Shown piece by piece: positions 26,888 through 35,309 of a stretch of 64,000 bases of DNA (its first letter is position 1; every line of letters starts with the position of its first letter). The notes below the pieces were generated by a model that saw nothing but the letters and a program-made list of their open reading frames with translations, made no database searches and had not been told where the DNA came from. A program made the position numbers and the translations under genes. The stretch is taken from NCBI GenBank assembly GCA_035292085.1, contig DATDQT010000083.1, positions 12,288 to 76,287 on the forward strand, given 5' to 3'. The stretch comes from a bacterium. GTDB lineage: Bacteria; Sysuimicrobiota; Sysuimicrobiia; Sysuimicrobiales; Kaftiobacteriaceae.

Positions 26888-27571
26888 ATGGACGGTTCTG
26901 CCAGGACGGCTCCCGTGGTCGCCATTGACGGGCCGGTCGGCGCGGGAAAGAGCACCGTCGCGCGCCGGGTCGCCCAACGCCTTGGCTATCACTACGTGGA
27001 TACCGGCGCCATGTACCGGTCGGTGGCGCTGAAGGCATTAGAGGAGGGGATCGACCTGCATGACGAAGCCGCGGTGGTGGCCGTGGCGGAGTCCCTGCGG
27101 GTCGAGTTCCGGCCCGAGGGGGAGCAGCAGCGCGTCGTGGCCAACGGCGCCGATGTCACCGAGGCCATCCGGACGCCGGACGTCAGCGAGGGGGCGTCGA
27201 TCGTCAGCGTCTACGCGGGCGTCCGGCGGGCGATGGTGGCCATCCAGCGTGCGATGGGCCGCGAGGGAGGGGTCGTCATGGAGGGCCGCGACATCGGGAC
27301 GGTCGTGTTCCCCGACGCCGACGTGAAGGTCTTCCTGGACGCGACGCTCGAGGAACGGGCCCGCCGCCGGTATGAAGAACTGCGTGCGCGGGGCGTGGAC
27401 GTCGACCTCGACAGCGTGCGGCGGACCGAAGAAGAGCGGGACCGCCGCGATGCCACCCGGAGGCACTCGCCGTTGCGTCCGGCGGCGGATGCCGTGATTA
27501 TCGACAGCACCAATCGTTCGGTCGACGACACCGCCGCCGCCGTGATCGCCCTGGTCGAAGCACACCGATGA
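26888..27571 (+). CDS. cmk: Cytidylate kinase
   Basis: ATG 26888. Contains VVAIDGPVGAGKSTVARRVAQRLGYHYVDTGAMYR; 227 aa. Confidence 0.85.
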   Translation: MDGSARTAPVVAIDGPVGAGKSTVARRVAQRLGYHYVDTGAMYRSVALKALEEGIDLHDEAAVVAVAESLRVEFRPEGEQQRVVANGADVTEAIRTPDVSEGASIVSVYAGVRRAMVAIQRAMGREGGVVMEGRDIGTVVFPDADVKVFLDATLEERARRRYEELRARGVDVDLDSVRRTEEERDRRDATRRHSPLRPAADAVIIDSTNRSVDDTAAAVIALVEAHR

Positions 27572-28257
27572 GCGACACACTCTCCTCCCCTGCCGGCGCC
27601 CGCCTGGGCGGTCTCCGCCGGGTGGCCAGCGACGTCTGGTACCACTTCTGGAAGAATCTCGTCGGGCTGATCGGACGCCTGGCCTTTCGCATGCGCGTCG
27701 AAGGCCGTGGCCACGAGCCGCGGTCCGGGCGGGTGATCGTGGCCGGCAACCACGTGAGCGCCATCGATCCGCCGCTGGTCGGGAGCGTGCTGCGCCGCCG
27801 GGCGGCGTACATGGCCAAGGAGGAACTGTTCTCGGTTCCCATCCTCGGCCCGTGGCTGCGGTCGGTCGGGGTCTTTCCCGTCAAGCGCGGACAGCCCGAC
27901 CGGCGCGCCATCCGGCGTTCGCTGCAGGTGCTCGAGCGGGGCGGCGTGCTGGTCATGTTTCCGGAGGGCACGCGCAGCGAAGACGGCCGGCTGCGGGATC
28001 CCGAACCCGGCGCCGCCATGATCGCGCTGCGCACGGGCGCGCCGGTCCTGCCGGTGGCGGTGGTGGGCAGCCACAGGATTCTCCCCAAGAGTGCGCGCTG
28101 GCCGCGGTTCACCCAGGTCGTCGTCCGGATCGGGCCGCCGCTTCTGGTGCCGCGCATCGAAGGACGGCTAGAGCACGCCGTGCTGGAGGAGTGGGGACGG
28201 CGGATTATGGATGCGATTGGGGCGCTGCTTCCGGAAGACCAGCAGCCGGTACGATGA
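27568..28257 (+). CDS. plsC: 1-acyl-sn-glycerol-3-phosphate acyltransferase
   Basis: 229 aa. Contains the HX4D motif AGNHVSAIDPP and the FPEGTRS motif. ATGA overlap with the cmk stop. Confidence 0.8.
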   Translation: MSDTLSSPAGARLGGLRRVASDVWYHFWKNLVGLIGRLAFRMRVEGRGHEPRSGRVIVAGNHVSAIDPPLVGSVLRRRAAYMAKEELFSVPILGPWLRSVGVFPVKRGQPDRRAIRRSLQVLERGGVLVMFPEGTRSEDGRLRDPEPGAAMIALRTGAPVLPVAVVGSHRILPKSARWPRFTQVVVRIGPPLLVPRIEGRLEHAVLEEWGRRIMDAIGALLPEDQQPVR

Positions 28258-29143
28258 CCTCAAGCGCCTGGGGCAGGACCCGGAAGTACGCCGGCACGTG
28301 CCCGACGGTTTCGCCGTCGGCGTGGATCGCCAGCGGGGTGTCGCTGTCCACGCGGACCTCGCGGGCCGTCGTGTGCGAGACCTTTGGATGCCGGAGGTGC
28401 CCCCCGGAGAAGAGCCTGGGAAGCAGAGCCAGCGTTTCCCCCTTGCCCAGGTCTTCCGCCCACACGACCGCCAGCAGGCCGTCGTCAATCCGCGCGTGCG
28501 GGGCCATGTACATGCCACCCGCGTACCAGTTGGTGTTGGCCGCCGCGAGCAGGAACATCTTCGTCTCCTGCGTGGTCCCGTCGATGGTGATGCGGGATAG
28601 AACCGGGCGGTATGTCGCCAACATCGTCACGATTCCGGCGATGTACAGGACGGTGCCGCCGATGAACCGCGGCCAGCGGTTGACAAGCTGGGCGACTTCC
28701 GCGTCAAACCCAACCCCGGAGATGGTCGCGTAGTAGCGATCGTTCACCTTCCCCACGTCGACACGATGCCGGGCGCCGTCCAGCAGGACACGCGCCGCCG
28801 CCTGCGGATCGAAGGGGATTTTGAGGCACCGCGCGAGATCGTTGGCCGTGCCGGCGGGGATCAGGCCGAGGGCAGGGGGAACGGCGACCTGGGCGTTGAG
28901 CATCCCGTTGATGACTTCGTGGTTGGTTCCATCCCCGCCGACGGACACGATGGTGTCATAGCCGCCGGCCGCGGCCTGGGCGGCGAGTTCCCACGCGTGC
29001 ATCCGCCGCTCCGAGATCGCCTCGTCCACACGGTACCCGCCGTCCTGAAGGATCTCCCGGACCGCCGGCCACACGCGGTGGGCCCGGCCTTTGCGCGACA
29101 CGGGATTGATGATGGCAAACAGCCGTTTGTCCGGGGCAGGCAC
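28205..29143 (-). CDS. Diacylglycerol/lipid kinase family protein (YegS/BmrU-like)
   Basis: Trimmed from ORF 28205..29335 to GTG 29143 to avoid overlap with ispH. Contains LFAIINPVSRKGRA and SVGGDGTNHEVINGM motifs; 312 aa. The start is uncertain. Confidence 0.7.
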   Translation of the reverse strand: MPAPDKRLFAIINPVSRKGRAHRVWPAVREILQDGGYRVDEAISERRMHAWELAAQAAAGGYDTIVSVGGDGTNHEVINGMLNAQVAVPPALGLIPAGTANDLARCLKIPFDPQAAARVLLDGARHRVDVGKVNDRYYATISGVGFDAEVAQLVNRWPRFIGGTVLYIAGIVTMLATYRPVLSRITIDGTTQETKMFLLAAANTNWYAGGMYMAPHARIDDGLLAVVWAEDLGKGETLALLPRLFSGGHLRHPKVSHTTAREVRVDSDTPLAIHADGETVGHVPAYFRVLPQALEVIVPAAGLPEAAPQSHP

Positions 29144-29210
29144 GTCTCCCCCATTACGCCCCGCGTTGGGGTACTCCTCTGATGGCCGGCGACCGTGTAT
29201 CCTAAGGTAC

Positions 29211-30068
29211 GTGGAGATCATTGTGGCCAGGCACATGGGCTTCTGCGGCGGGGTGAAGCGCGCCGTGGAGATGGCCCGCAGTACGGCGGAAGGCGCGTCC
29301 GGCACGGTATACACGTGGGGCCCACTCATCCACAATCCCCAGGTCGTGGACCGGCTGGAACAGGCCGGGGTCCGGGTCGCCGAGGCGCTGGACGATCTGG
29401 AGGGTGAGGCGTTTGTCGTGTCGGCCTACGGCGTCGACCACGCCGTCCTCGACGCCGCCCGCGACAAGGGCATGCGGGTGGTCGATGCCACGTGTCCGGT
29501 CGTGATCCGGGCGCACTCCCTGGCCTTCAAACTGGTCGAGGAGGGCTACCAGGTGATCGTGGTCGGCGACCACGGGCACCCGGAAATGGTGACGCTCAAA
29601 GAGGTCCTCGGCGACAAGGTCACGATTGTCCACGATCGCGACGAAGCCCGGGGGGTCAAGCTGCGCGGGAAGATCGGTGTGTTGTCGCAGACCACGCAGT
29701 CGATGGAGAACTTCAGCCAGATCGTGGCCGATCTGGCGCTGCGGACTAAAGAGCTCAAGGTTGTCAACACACTCTGCCCGGCGATCACTGTGCGCCAGGA
29801 AGAGGCGGAGAAACTCGTCGATGAGGTCGATGCCCTGGTCGTCATCGGGGGCCATCACAGCGCGAACACGACGCGCCTGTGGGAAATCGGCCGCGGCCGA
29901 GGCCTGCCGACCTATCACATCGAGGTGCCCGACGAGATTGACCCGCTCTGGTTTGCCGGAGTGCGGAAGGTCGGCGTGATGTCGGGGGCGAGCACGCCCG
30001 AATGGATCATTGCCGACGTGCTGCAGCGCCTGGAGGCAATTGACACGGAGTTGAAAGTCGGACGTTAG
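29211..30068 (+). CDS. ispH: 4-hydroxy-3-methylbut-2-enyl diphosphate reductase
   Basis: GTG 29211 (VEIIVARHMGFCGGVKRAVEMA...). Conserved Cys contexts TCPVV and NTLCPAI, and later GGHHSANTTRL; 285 aa. Confidence 0.85.
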   Translation: MEIIVARHMGFCGGVKRAVEMARSTAEGASGTVYTWGPLIHNPQVVDRLEQAGVRVAEALDDLEGEAFVVSAYGVDHAVLDAARDKGMRVVDATCPVVIRAHSLAFKLVEEGYQVIVVGDHGHPEMVTLKEVLGDKVTIVHDRDEARGVKLRGKIGVLSQTTQSMENFSQIVADLALRTKELKVVNTLCPAITVRQEEAEKLVDEVDALVVIGGHHSANTTRLWEIGRGRGLPTYHIEVPDEIDPLWFAGVRKVGVMSGASTPEWIIADVLQRLEAIDTELKVGR

Positions 30069-30073
30069 CGGGA

Positions 30074-31405
30074 ATGCCGCGCCCCGTCGTGGCCATCGTG
30101 GGCCGTCCGAACGTCGGTAAGTCCGCGCTGTTCAACCGCCTGGTCGGCCGCCGCACCGCGATCGTTGAGGACCGCCCGGGTATCACCCGCGACCGGCTGT
30201 ACGGTACCGTCAGCTGGCGGGACCGCGAGTTCACCCTGATCGATACCGGCGGGTACGTGTCCGCGTCGGACGAACGGCTGCTCGCGCGGGTCCGCGAACA
30301 GGCCGCCCGGGCGGTCGAAGACGCCGACCTGATTCTCTTCGTCGTGGATGCCCGCGACGGACTCACCCCCGAGGATCAGGACATCGCCGACTATCTGCGC
30401 AGGAGCCGGCGGCCGATGGTGCTGGTGGCCAACAAGGTCGATCACCCGTCGCACACCGGCGCGTACGAGTTCTACGCCTTGGGGCTGGGCGATCCGGTTG
30501 AACTGTCGGCGATCCACGGCCTCGGGACGAACGACCTCCTCGATCAGATCGTCGCCGCGCTGCCCGAAGAAGAGACCGAGGTCCCCGAAGAACCCGCCGT
30601 CCGCGCCGCCATCGTCGGCCGCCCCAACGTCGGGAAGTCGTCGCTGCTGAATGCGATCCTGGGCGAAGAACGCGTCGTCGTCGATGAGGTTCCCGGCACG
30701 ACGCGGGACGCCGTGGATACGGTGCTGATCCGGGACGGCCGGCGCCTCGTGCTGGTCGACACGGCCGGCCTGCGGCGCAAGGCGCGGATCGGCGAAGTCG
30801 TGGAGCGGTACAGCGCCGGCCGGGCCCTTGCCGCCATTGACAGCGCCGACGTGGCCGTCGTGGTCGTGGATGCGACCCAGGCCCCGGCGGATCAGGATCA
30901 GGAGATCGCCCGCTACGCGCTGGAGAAAGGTCGGGCGTGTGTGATCGCCGTGGCAAAGTGGGATCTCATCGCCGACACGCCGGACGCCGCCCCGCGCCTG
31001 CTGGCCCCGCTGCGGGATGCCATGCGCTTTGTCGCCTACGCGCCGATCGTCATCACGTCGGCCCGCAAAGGGTGGGGGATCGCCGAGCTGCTCGAGCGCG
31101 TGGACCAGGGCGCGGAGGCCCATGCCCGCCGGGTCGCCACCGGTCCCCTCAACCGGGTCCTGGAGGAGGCGGAAGCGGCTCACTCGCCGCCCGCCGACAG
31201 GCACGGCCGGCAGTTGAAGATCTACTATGCGACGCAGCCAAGGACAAAACCGCCCACCATCGTGCTGTTCGTCAACGATCCGGCCCTGCTGCCGGATGAG
31301 TACCAGCGCTATCTGGACGCGAAACTGCGGGACGTCTTCGACTTCGAGGGTACACCGATCCGGATCGAGGCGCGTCCGCGGAGTCGTCGGACCCCCGCTG
31401 TGTAA
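30074..31405 (+). CDS. der: Ribosome-biogenesis GTPase Der (EngA), two tandem G domains
   Basis: 443 aa with two P-loops, GRPNVGKSALFN and GRPNVGKSSLLN, plus a KH-like C-terminus. Confidence 0.9.
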   Translation: MPRPVVAIVGRPNVGKSALFNRLVGRRTAIVEDRPGITRDRLYGTVSWRDREFTLIDTGGYVSASDERLLARVREQAARAVEDADLILFVVDARDGLTPEDQDIADYLRRSRRPMVLVANKVDHPSHTGAYEFYALGLGDPVELSAIHGLGTNDLLDQIVAALPEEETEVPEEPAVRAAIVGRPNVGKSSLLNAILGEERVVVDEVPGTTRDAVDTVLIRDGRRLVLVDTAGLRRKARIGEVVERYSAGRALAAIDSADVAVVVVDATQAPADQDQEIARYALEKGRACVIAVAKWDLIADTPDAAPRLLAPLRDAMRFVAYAPIVITSARKGWGIAELLERVDQGAEAHARRVATGPLNRVLEEAEAAHSPPADRHGRQLKIYYATQPRTKPPTIVLFVNDPALLPDEYQRYLDAKLRDVFDFEGTPIRIEARPRSRRTPAV

Positions 31406-31518
31406 CACTTCTGTAACTAAGTCTGGACCCAGTTATGCATCGAGTGGAGTCCTTCCACGCACCACCGTTCGCCCAGTTTCTGGCAGAGTAAGTCAGCAGA
31501 CTTCGGCGACAGGAGCCC

Positions 31519-31547
31519 TTGCTCGTTGGTGTCAATAATGATATCAT
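31519..31547 (+). promoter_or_regulatory. Putative promoter of hicAB (TTGCTC-17 nt-TATCAT)
   Basis: -35-like TTGCTC at 31519-31524 and -10-like TATCAT at 31542-31547. The hicA GTG at 31554 is only 6 nt downstream, which suggests a leaderless transcript. Confidence 0.25.
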
Positions 31548-31553
31548 CCTTGT

Positions 31554-31865
31554 GTGCCGAGCAAGACCATCGAGGCAATCGTGTCCGACATGGAAGCAGG
31601 TCGAGAGATCCGCTTCGATGACGTCGCCAGCGTCTGCGATCACTACTTCGGTACGCCGCGACGGAGCGGCACAAGTCATCGCGTCTACAAGATGCCGTGG
31701 CCCGGCGATCCACGAGTGAACATCCAAAACGATAAGGGCAAGGCGAAGCCGTACCAAGTGCGACAGGTGCTCAAGGCGATCGTGAGGCTCAAGGAAGAGC
31801 GCGAGAGGAAGACGGCGACGACCGAGGTCAAGAAGAAGAGATCCGAACGGAAGAAGCGGCAGTGA
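31554..31865 (+). CDS. hicA: HicA-family toxin-like protein with long Lys/Arg-rich C-terminal tail
   Basis: 103 aa. The core GTSHRVYKMPWPGDPRVNIQNDKGKAKPYQVRQVLKAI fits the HicA pattern GSHxxF...P...K...ILK. It is followed by the tail KEERERKTATTEVKKKRSERKKRQ. Confidence 0.55.
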   Translation: MPSKTIEAIVSDMEAGREIRFDDVASVCDHYFGTPRRSGTSHRVYKMPWPGDPRVNIQNDKGKAKPYQVRQVLKAIVRLKEERERKTATTEVKKKRSERKKRQ

Positions 31866-31897
31866 GCAGCCGGGTGGTGAGAAGAGGAGATCCCGAG

Positions 31898-32224
31898 ATG
31901 CAGAACCCCGAGATGTACACCTACCGCGTGATCTGGTCCGAGGAGGATCAGGAGCACGTCGGGCTGTGTGCGGAGTTCCCATCGCTGAGCTGGCTGGCGC
32001 GGACGCCGGGTGAAGCCCTGAACGGGGTTACCAGGCTCGTCGCCGACACGCTGAAGGACATGGCGAAGAACAAGGAGCCGAGACCGGAGCCGCTGTCCTT
32101 ACACACGTTCAAGGGGCGCATCGCGGTGCGCGTTCCCCCCGACCAGCATCGCGAGCTCGCGATGGAAGCGGCCGAGCAAGGCGTGTCTCTGAACCGGCTC
32201 ATCAGCCGAAAACTGGCGCGCTGA
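31898..32224 (+). CDS. hicB: HicB-family antitoxin with C-terminal ribbon-helix-helix
   Basis: YTYRVIWSEEDQEHVGLCAEFPSLSWLARTPGEAL is the HicB N-domain, and RIAVRVPPDQHRELAMEAAEQGVSLNRLISRKL is the RHH. The start is ambiguous: GTG 31862 (GTGA overlap with the hicA stop), ATG 31898 or ATG 31913. Confidence 0.6.
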   Translation: MQNPEMYTYRVIWSEEDQEHVGLCAEFPSLSWLARTPGEALNGVTRLVADTLKDMAKNKEPRPEPLSLHTFKGRIAVRVPPDQHRELAMEAAEQGVSLNRLISRKLAR

Positions 32225-32407
32225 CTGTTAGACACGGTCAATCGAGCAAGCGGCCCGTAAGACCATATTCGGCCGGCGGCGGGACATCGGCCGATAATAT
32301 TCAGCTCAGATGTAGGGCCCACAACGCTTATGAAGCAGAAATGTTCTTTGGTTCCTCCGCGTCTGACACCAGCTGATCAGGAATGCGAAGTGTGGGGTCG
32401 AGGCCCG

Positions 32408-32416
32408 TGCTATAAT
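32408..32416 (+). promoter_or_regulatory. Extended -10 promoter element (TGcTATAAT) for tRNA-Pro
   Basis: TGCTATAAT at 32408-32416, 9 nt upstream of the tRNA 5' end. There is no good -35 box. Confidence 0.4.
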
Positions 32417-32425
32417 CTGGCACGT

Positions 32426-32502
32426 CGGGCCGTAGCGCAGCATGGTAGCGCGCCTGAATGGGGTTCAGGAGGTCCCCGGTTCAAGTCCGGGCGGCCCGAC
32501 CA
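32426..32502 (+). tRNA. tRNA-Pro (anticodon GGG)
   Basis: Manual cloverleaf: acceptor CGGGCCG/CGGCCCG, D-stem GCGC/GCGC, anticodon stem CCUGA/UCAGG with loop AUGGGGU (GGG at positions 34-36), T-arm CCCGG-UUCAAGU-CCGGG, discriminator A and encoded CCA. Confidence 0.85.
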
Positions 32503-32606
32503 TCGATAAACGCGGCTTCGTGGCTGTCGTGGCTACGTGGCTGGCGGAAGACCGAGTAGCCGATATCGGCCGTAGTCCCCGAAGCCACCTAGCCGCGTAG
32601 CCGCGG

Positions 32607-32969
32607 CTACCGTCCCGACAGCACGTAGTCCCGCAGGCGGTTCCGCATGCGGGTCGCGTCGTCCAACTCATCGGCCGCGGTGAAGATGGAGATCAGGGTG
32701 CGCCTGGAGGACAGTGAGTAGCAGATCAGCCAGGCCGAAACCGGGCCGTCGGACGCCGCCACCGCGGTCGGATCGCGCTGGATGTCCGTGTACCCGGCGG
32801 CCCGCAACGCGTTGACGCTTCGGGTCACACACGTGGCCACCGTAATGTCGAGCGTGCGCTGGGACCAGGCCGTCGACGGGCCCGCCCAGACTTCCGTCGC
32901 GATGACGAGGATCGAGAGCGCAGACAGCACGAGCACACTGATGATCCTGCGGGGTTTGACACGATGCAC
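32607..32969 (-). CDS. Hypothetical signal-anchored protein (120 aa)
   Basis: Trimmed from ORF 32607..33116 to GTG 32969, which is preceded by GAGGAGG at 6-nt spacing. A hydrophobic N-terminus IISVLVLSALSILVIA is followed by a ~90-aa domain of no recognised family. Confidence 0.45.
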   Translation of the reverse strand: MHRVKPRRIISVLVLSALSILVIATEVWAGPSTAWSQRTLDITVATCVTRSVNALRAAGYTDIQRDPTAVAASDGPVSAWLICYSLSSRRTLISIFTAADELDDATRMRNRLRDYVLSGR

Positions 32970-33151
32970 AGGAGGCCTCCTCACCTGAAATTCCTCGTGC
33001 AGTTCGCCCGCGGCTACCGGTCTCCTGCCGCGACGAGCAGGTCGCCGGTTCCCAGGATAAACGAGAAGGCAGGCCGCCCCGCGGTTTGAGTCGAACACGT
33101 CTGTTACACGGGGCACGAATATGGAGCGGTCTCGTTTCAGGGAGGGTTCAG

Positions 33152-33580
33152 ATGTCGGAACAGAACAAAGCGATCGTCCGCCGGCTCTTCGAGGGAATCA
33201 GCCAGGGACATGACGCGGTCATTGAGGAGCTGGTGGCCCCGGATTTCGCCGCGAAGGAAGCGGGCGAGATGCGGATGATGGGGGCCGAAGGGTTCAGGGA
33301 AGTCGTGGCGACCTACCGGAGCGCATTTCCCGACATGCGGTTCACGATCGAGGACCTGATCGCCGAAGGCGACAAGGTGGTCGTGTGGTCGACATTTACC
33401 GGCACGCACCAGGGGCCGCTGGGAGAACTCCCTCCCACCGGGAAATCCGTGGCGGTGAAGGATGTCGACATGTACCGAGTGCGAGATGGGAAGGTCGTCG
33501 AAGGGTGGACGAATTTTGACCAGTGGGGCTTGATGAAGCAACTCGGCGTGGTTGGCGCCGAGGGCGGCGAAGAAGGTTAG
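33152..33580 (+). CDS. SnoaL-like ester/polyketide cyclase family protein
   Basis: ATG 33152 is preceded by GGAGGG. Contains NKAIVRRLFEGI...FPDMRFTIEDLIAEGDKVVVWSTFTGTHQGPLGELPPTGKSVAVKDVDMYRVRDGKVVEGW, typical of the ester cyclase family; 142 aa. Confidence 0.7.
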   Translation: MSEQNKAIVRRLFEGISQGHDAVIEELVAPDFAAKEAGEMRMMGAEGFREVVATYRSAFPDMRFTIEDLIAEGDKVVVWSTFTGTHQGPLGELPPTGKSVAVKDVDMYRVRDGKVVEGWTNFDQWGLMKQLGVVGAEGGEEG

Positions 33581-33599
33581 GCAAGTCGGAAGAGGCGAC

Positions 33600-34544
33600 A
33601 TGATTCGTCGGCGTGCGGTTGCGGCGGTTATCACCGCGCTGTTGGGGGTCCTCATCGGTCCGGTATCGGCGCAGGAGTCGCCGGACGCGGCGGCGACCTG
33701 CATCGGCAGATCGGGCCCGGTGACGGCGACGGTAGGCATTCACCGGTTGCCCGCGGCGGTCGAGATCGACCTCCTGCTCGTCAACCAGGGACCGGGGACG
33801 GTCCAGTTCGACCCGTCGAAGGCCGTGCTGCGGACCGCCGAGTCGACGGCGGCCCCGTGGTCGGCCGCGGAAACCAAGCGCGCGCATCGGGACTGGGGAG
33901 CCTACATTCTGGCGGGCGGGATATTTCCAATGCTGCTGCCGCTCCCGCTGATCGCGCAACTCAACTTCAACCGCTACGTCGACTCCCGCGCGTTCCGCGC
34001 CGCGGAGGTCCAGCCGGGGCAGACGGCGAGGGGATCGCTCTTCTTTCCCCTTCCGCCCGACCGCCAGACTCGGGCCGTCCTCGAACTCGGCGGACCGGTC
34101 CCGGCATCGGGAGGGTCACGGCCGCTGAAAATGTACTGCGGCCTCCCGCGGGATGAGTCCCCCGGCGCGCCGCAGGTTCCAACCCTGACGGTGTCTGTGG
34201 ACGCCACCGGGCGGTCCGGAGCCGCCGAAGTTCGGGTGGATACGGTCGAGTTCTCCGCGGACTACACGGCGGTTGAACTGTCGATCTCGAACCGCTCCGA
34301 GACGAGCGCGGAGATCTTCATGGCGATGGTCAATGCCTCGCTCCGCGACAGTGAAGGACTCGTCTACACGCAGCGGTCCATCCGCAGCCAATTCGTCGAT
34401 CGAATCCCGGCCAGATCGAGTGTCTTCGCGCGCCTGGTGTTCGCCGCGATGCCGCGAACGACCACGGCGGCCTCGCTCAGGATCCCTGGGGTGTGGTTCG
34501 GTCCGGAGAACTCTGTGGACGTGACCGTCGACCTGAAGTTTTAG
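33600..34544 (+). CDS. Hypothetical secreted protein (314 aa), possibly with a DUF4352-like beta-sandwich C-terminus
   Basis: Trimmed to ATG 33600. Signal-peptide-like MIRRRAVAAVITALLGVLIGPVSAQE. The C-terminal region (VELSISNRSETSAEIF...LRDSEGLVYTQ) loosely resembles DUF4352. No confident family. Confidence 0.45.
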   Translation: MIRRRAVAAVITALLGVLIGPVSAQESPDAAATCIGRSGPVTATVGIHRLPAAVEIDLLLVNQGPGTVQFDPSKAVLRTAESTAAPWSAAETKRAHRDWGAYILAGGIFPMLLPLPLIAQLNFNRYVDSRAFRAAEVQPGQTARGSLFFPLPPDRQTRAVLELGGPVPASGGSRPLKMYCGLPRDESPGAPQVPTLTVSVDATGRSGAAEVRVDTVEFSADYTAVELSISNRSETSAEIFMAMVNASLRDSEGLVYTQRSIRSQFVDRIPARSSVFARLVFAAMPRTTTAASLRIPGVWFGPENSVDVTVDLKF

Positions 34545-34817
34545 GCGCCGAGCGCCGCCGGCCCCCGGGTTCGCCTGCCCTCGACCATCCGCCTCACCAG
34601 GCGTGTGGCAATCTCCCTGCCAAAGTAGGCCCCCAAAGGAGAAGCGGGCAACCGGCAGAGGCCTGTTGCCCGCTGTTGGCGAGGCAGGCGGCACGGCGAG
34701 GCCGCCACAGGTGGAGTTACCCTGTCCGGCGCCGGGCTAAACATCCGCCGGGGGAAATTTTTCGCACCGGGCGAACTACTCCGGGGGACGTCCCGACCTT
34801 CAGGAGGCGGCGGCAGG

Positions 34818-35309
34818 ATGAACCATCCGATCACCGTGACTGTGAATCAGCGCGTGCACCAGCACAGCGTGGAACCCCGTCTGCTGCTCGTGTACTTCCT
34901 CAGGGAGACGCTGGGTCTGACCGGCACCCACGTCGGCTGTGACACCACCAGCTGCGGCGCATGCACGATCCTGCTCGATGGCCAGGCCGTCAAATCGTGC
35001 ACCGTGCTCGCGGTACAGGCCGACGGCAGTGAGATCCTGACCGTGGAGGGGCTGGCCCGTGACGGCGCCCTCCATCCCATTCAGGAAGGGTTCTGGGAGG
35101 AGCATGGCCTGCAGTGCGGGTTCTGCACGCCGGGGATGATGCTCACCGCGCTCCAACTGCTGGCACGGACCCCCGACCCCACGGACAGGCAGATTCGGCA
35201 TGCGCTCGACGGGAATCTCTGCCGCTGCACCGGATACCAGCACATCGTCAACTCAGTTCGCTACGCGGCCCGCAAACTGCGGGATGCGGACCCGCCGGAG
35301 AGTCAATGA
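34818..35309 (+). CDS. (2Fe-2S)-binding small subunit of a xanthine dehydrogenase/CO dehydrogenase-family enzyme (CoxS/CutS-like)
   Basis: 163 aa with two [2Fe-2S] Cys clusters, [16 protein letters not shown] and CGFCTPGMM...CRCTGY. Confidence 0.85.
   Translation: MNHPITVTVNQRVHQHSVEPRLLLVYFLRETLGLTGTHVGCDTTSCGACTILLDGQAVKSCTVLAVQADGSEILTVEGLARDGALHPIQEGFWEEHGLQCGFCTPGMMLTALQLLARTPDPTDRQIRHALDGNLCRCTGYQHIVNSVRYAARKLRDADPPESQ

Noticed and set aside
32503-32606. Phage or ICE attachment site at the 3' end of tRNA-Pro
   Set aside because: No integrase, excisionase or duplicated tRNA 3' segment is visible anywhere in the window. The repeats there may simply act as a terminator for the convergent genes.
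34545-34817. Possible riboswitch (for example a Moco RNA motif) in the 273-nt leader upstream of the coxS-like gene
   Set aside because: I could find only a simple 10-bp hairpin (34643-34674) and some G/C-rich repeats. I cannot match the Moco motif consensus from memory, and a covariance-model scan would be needed.
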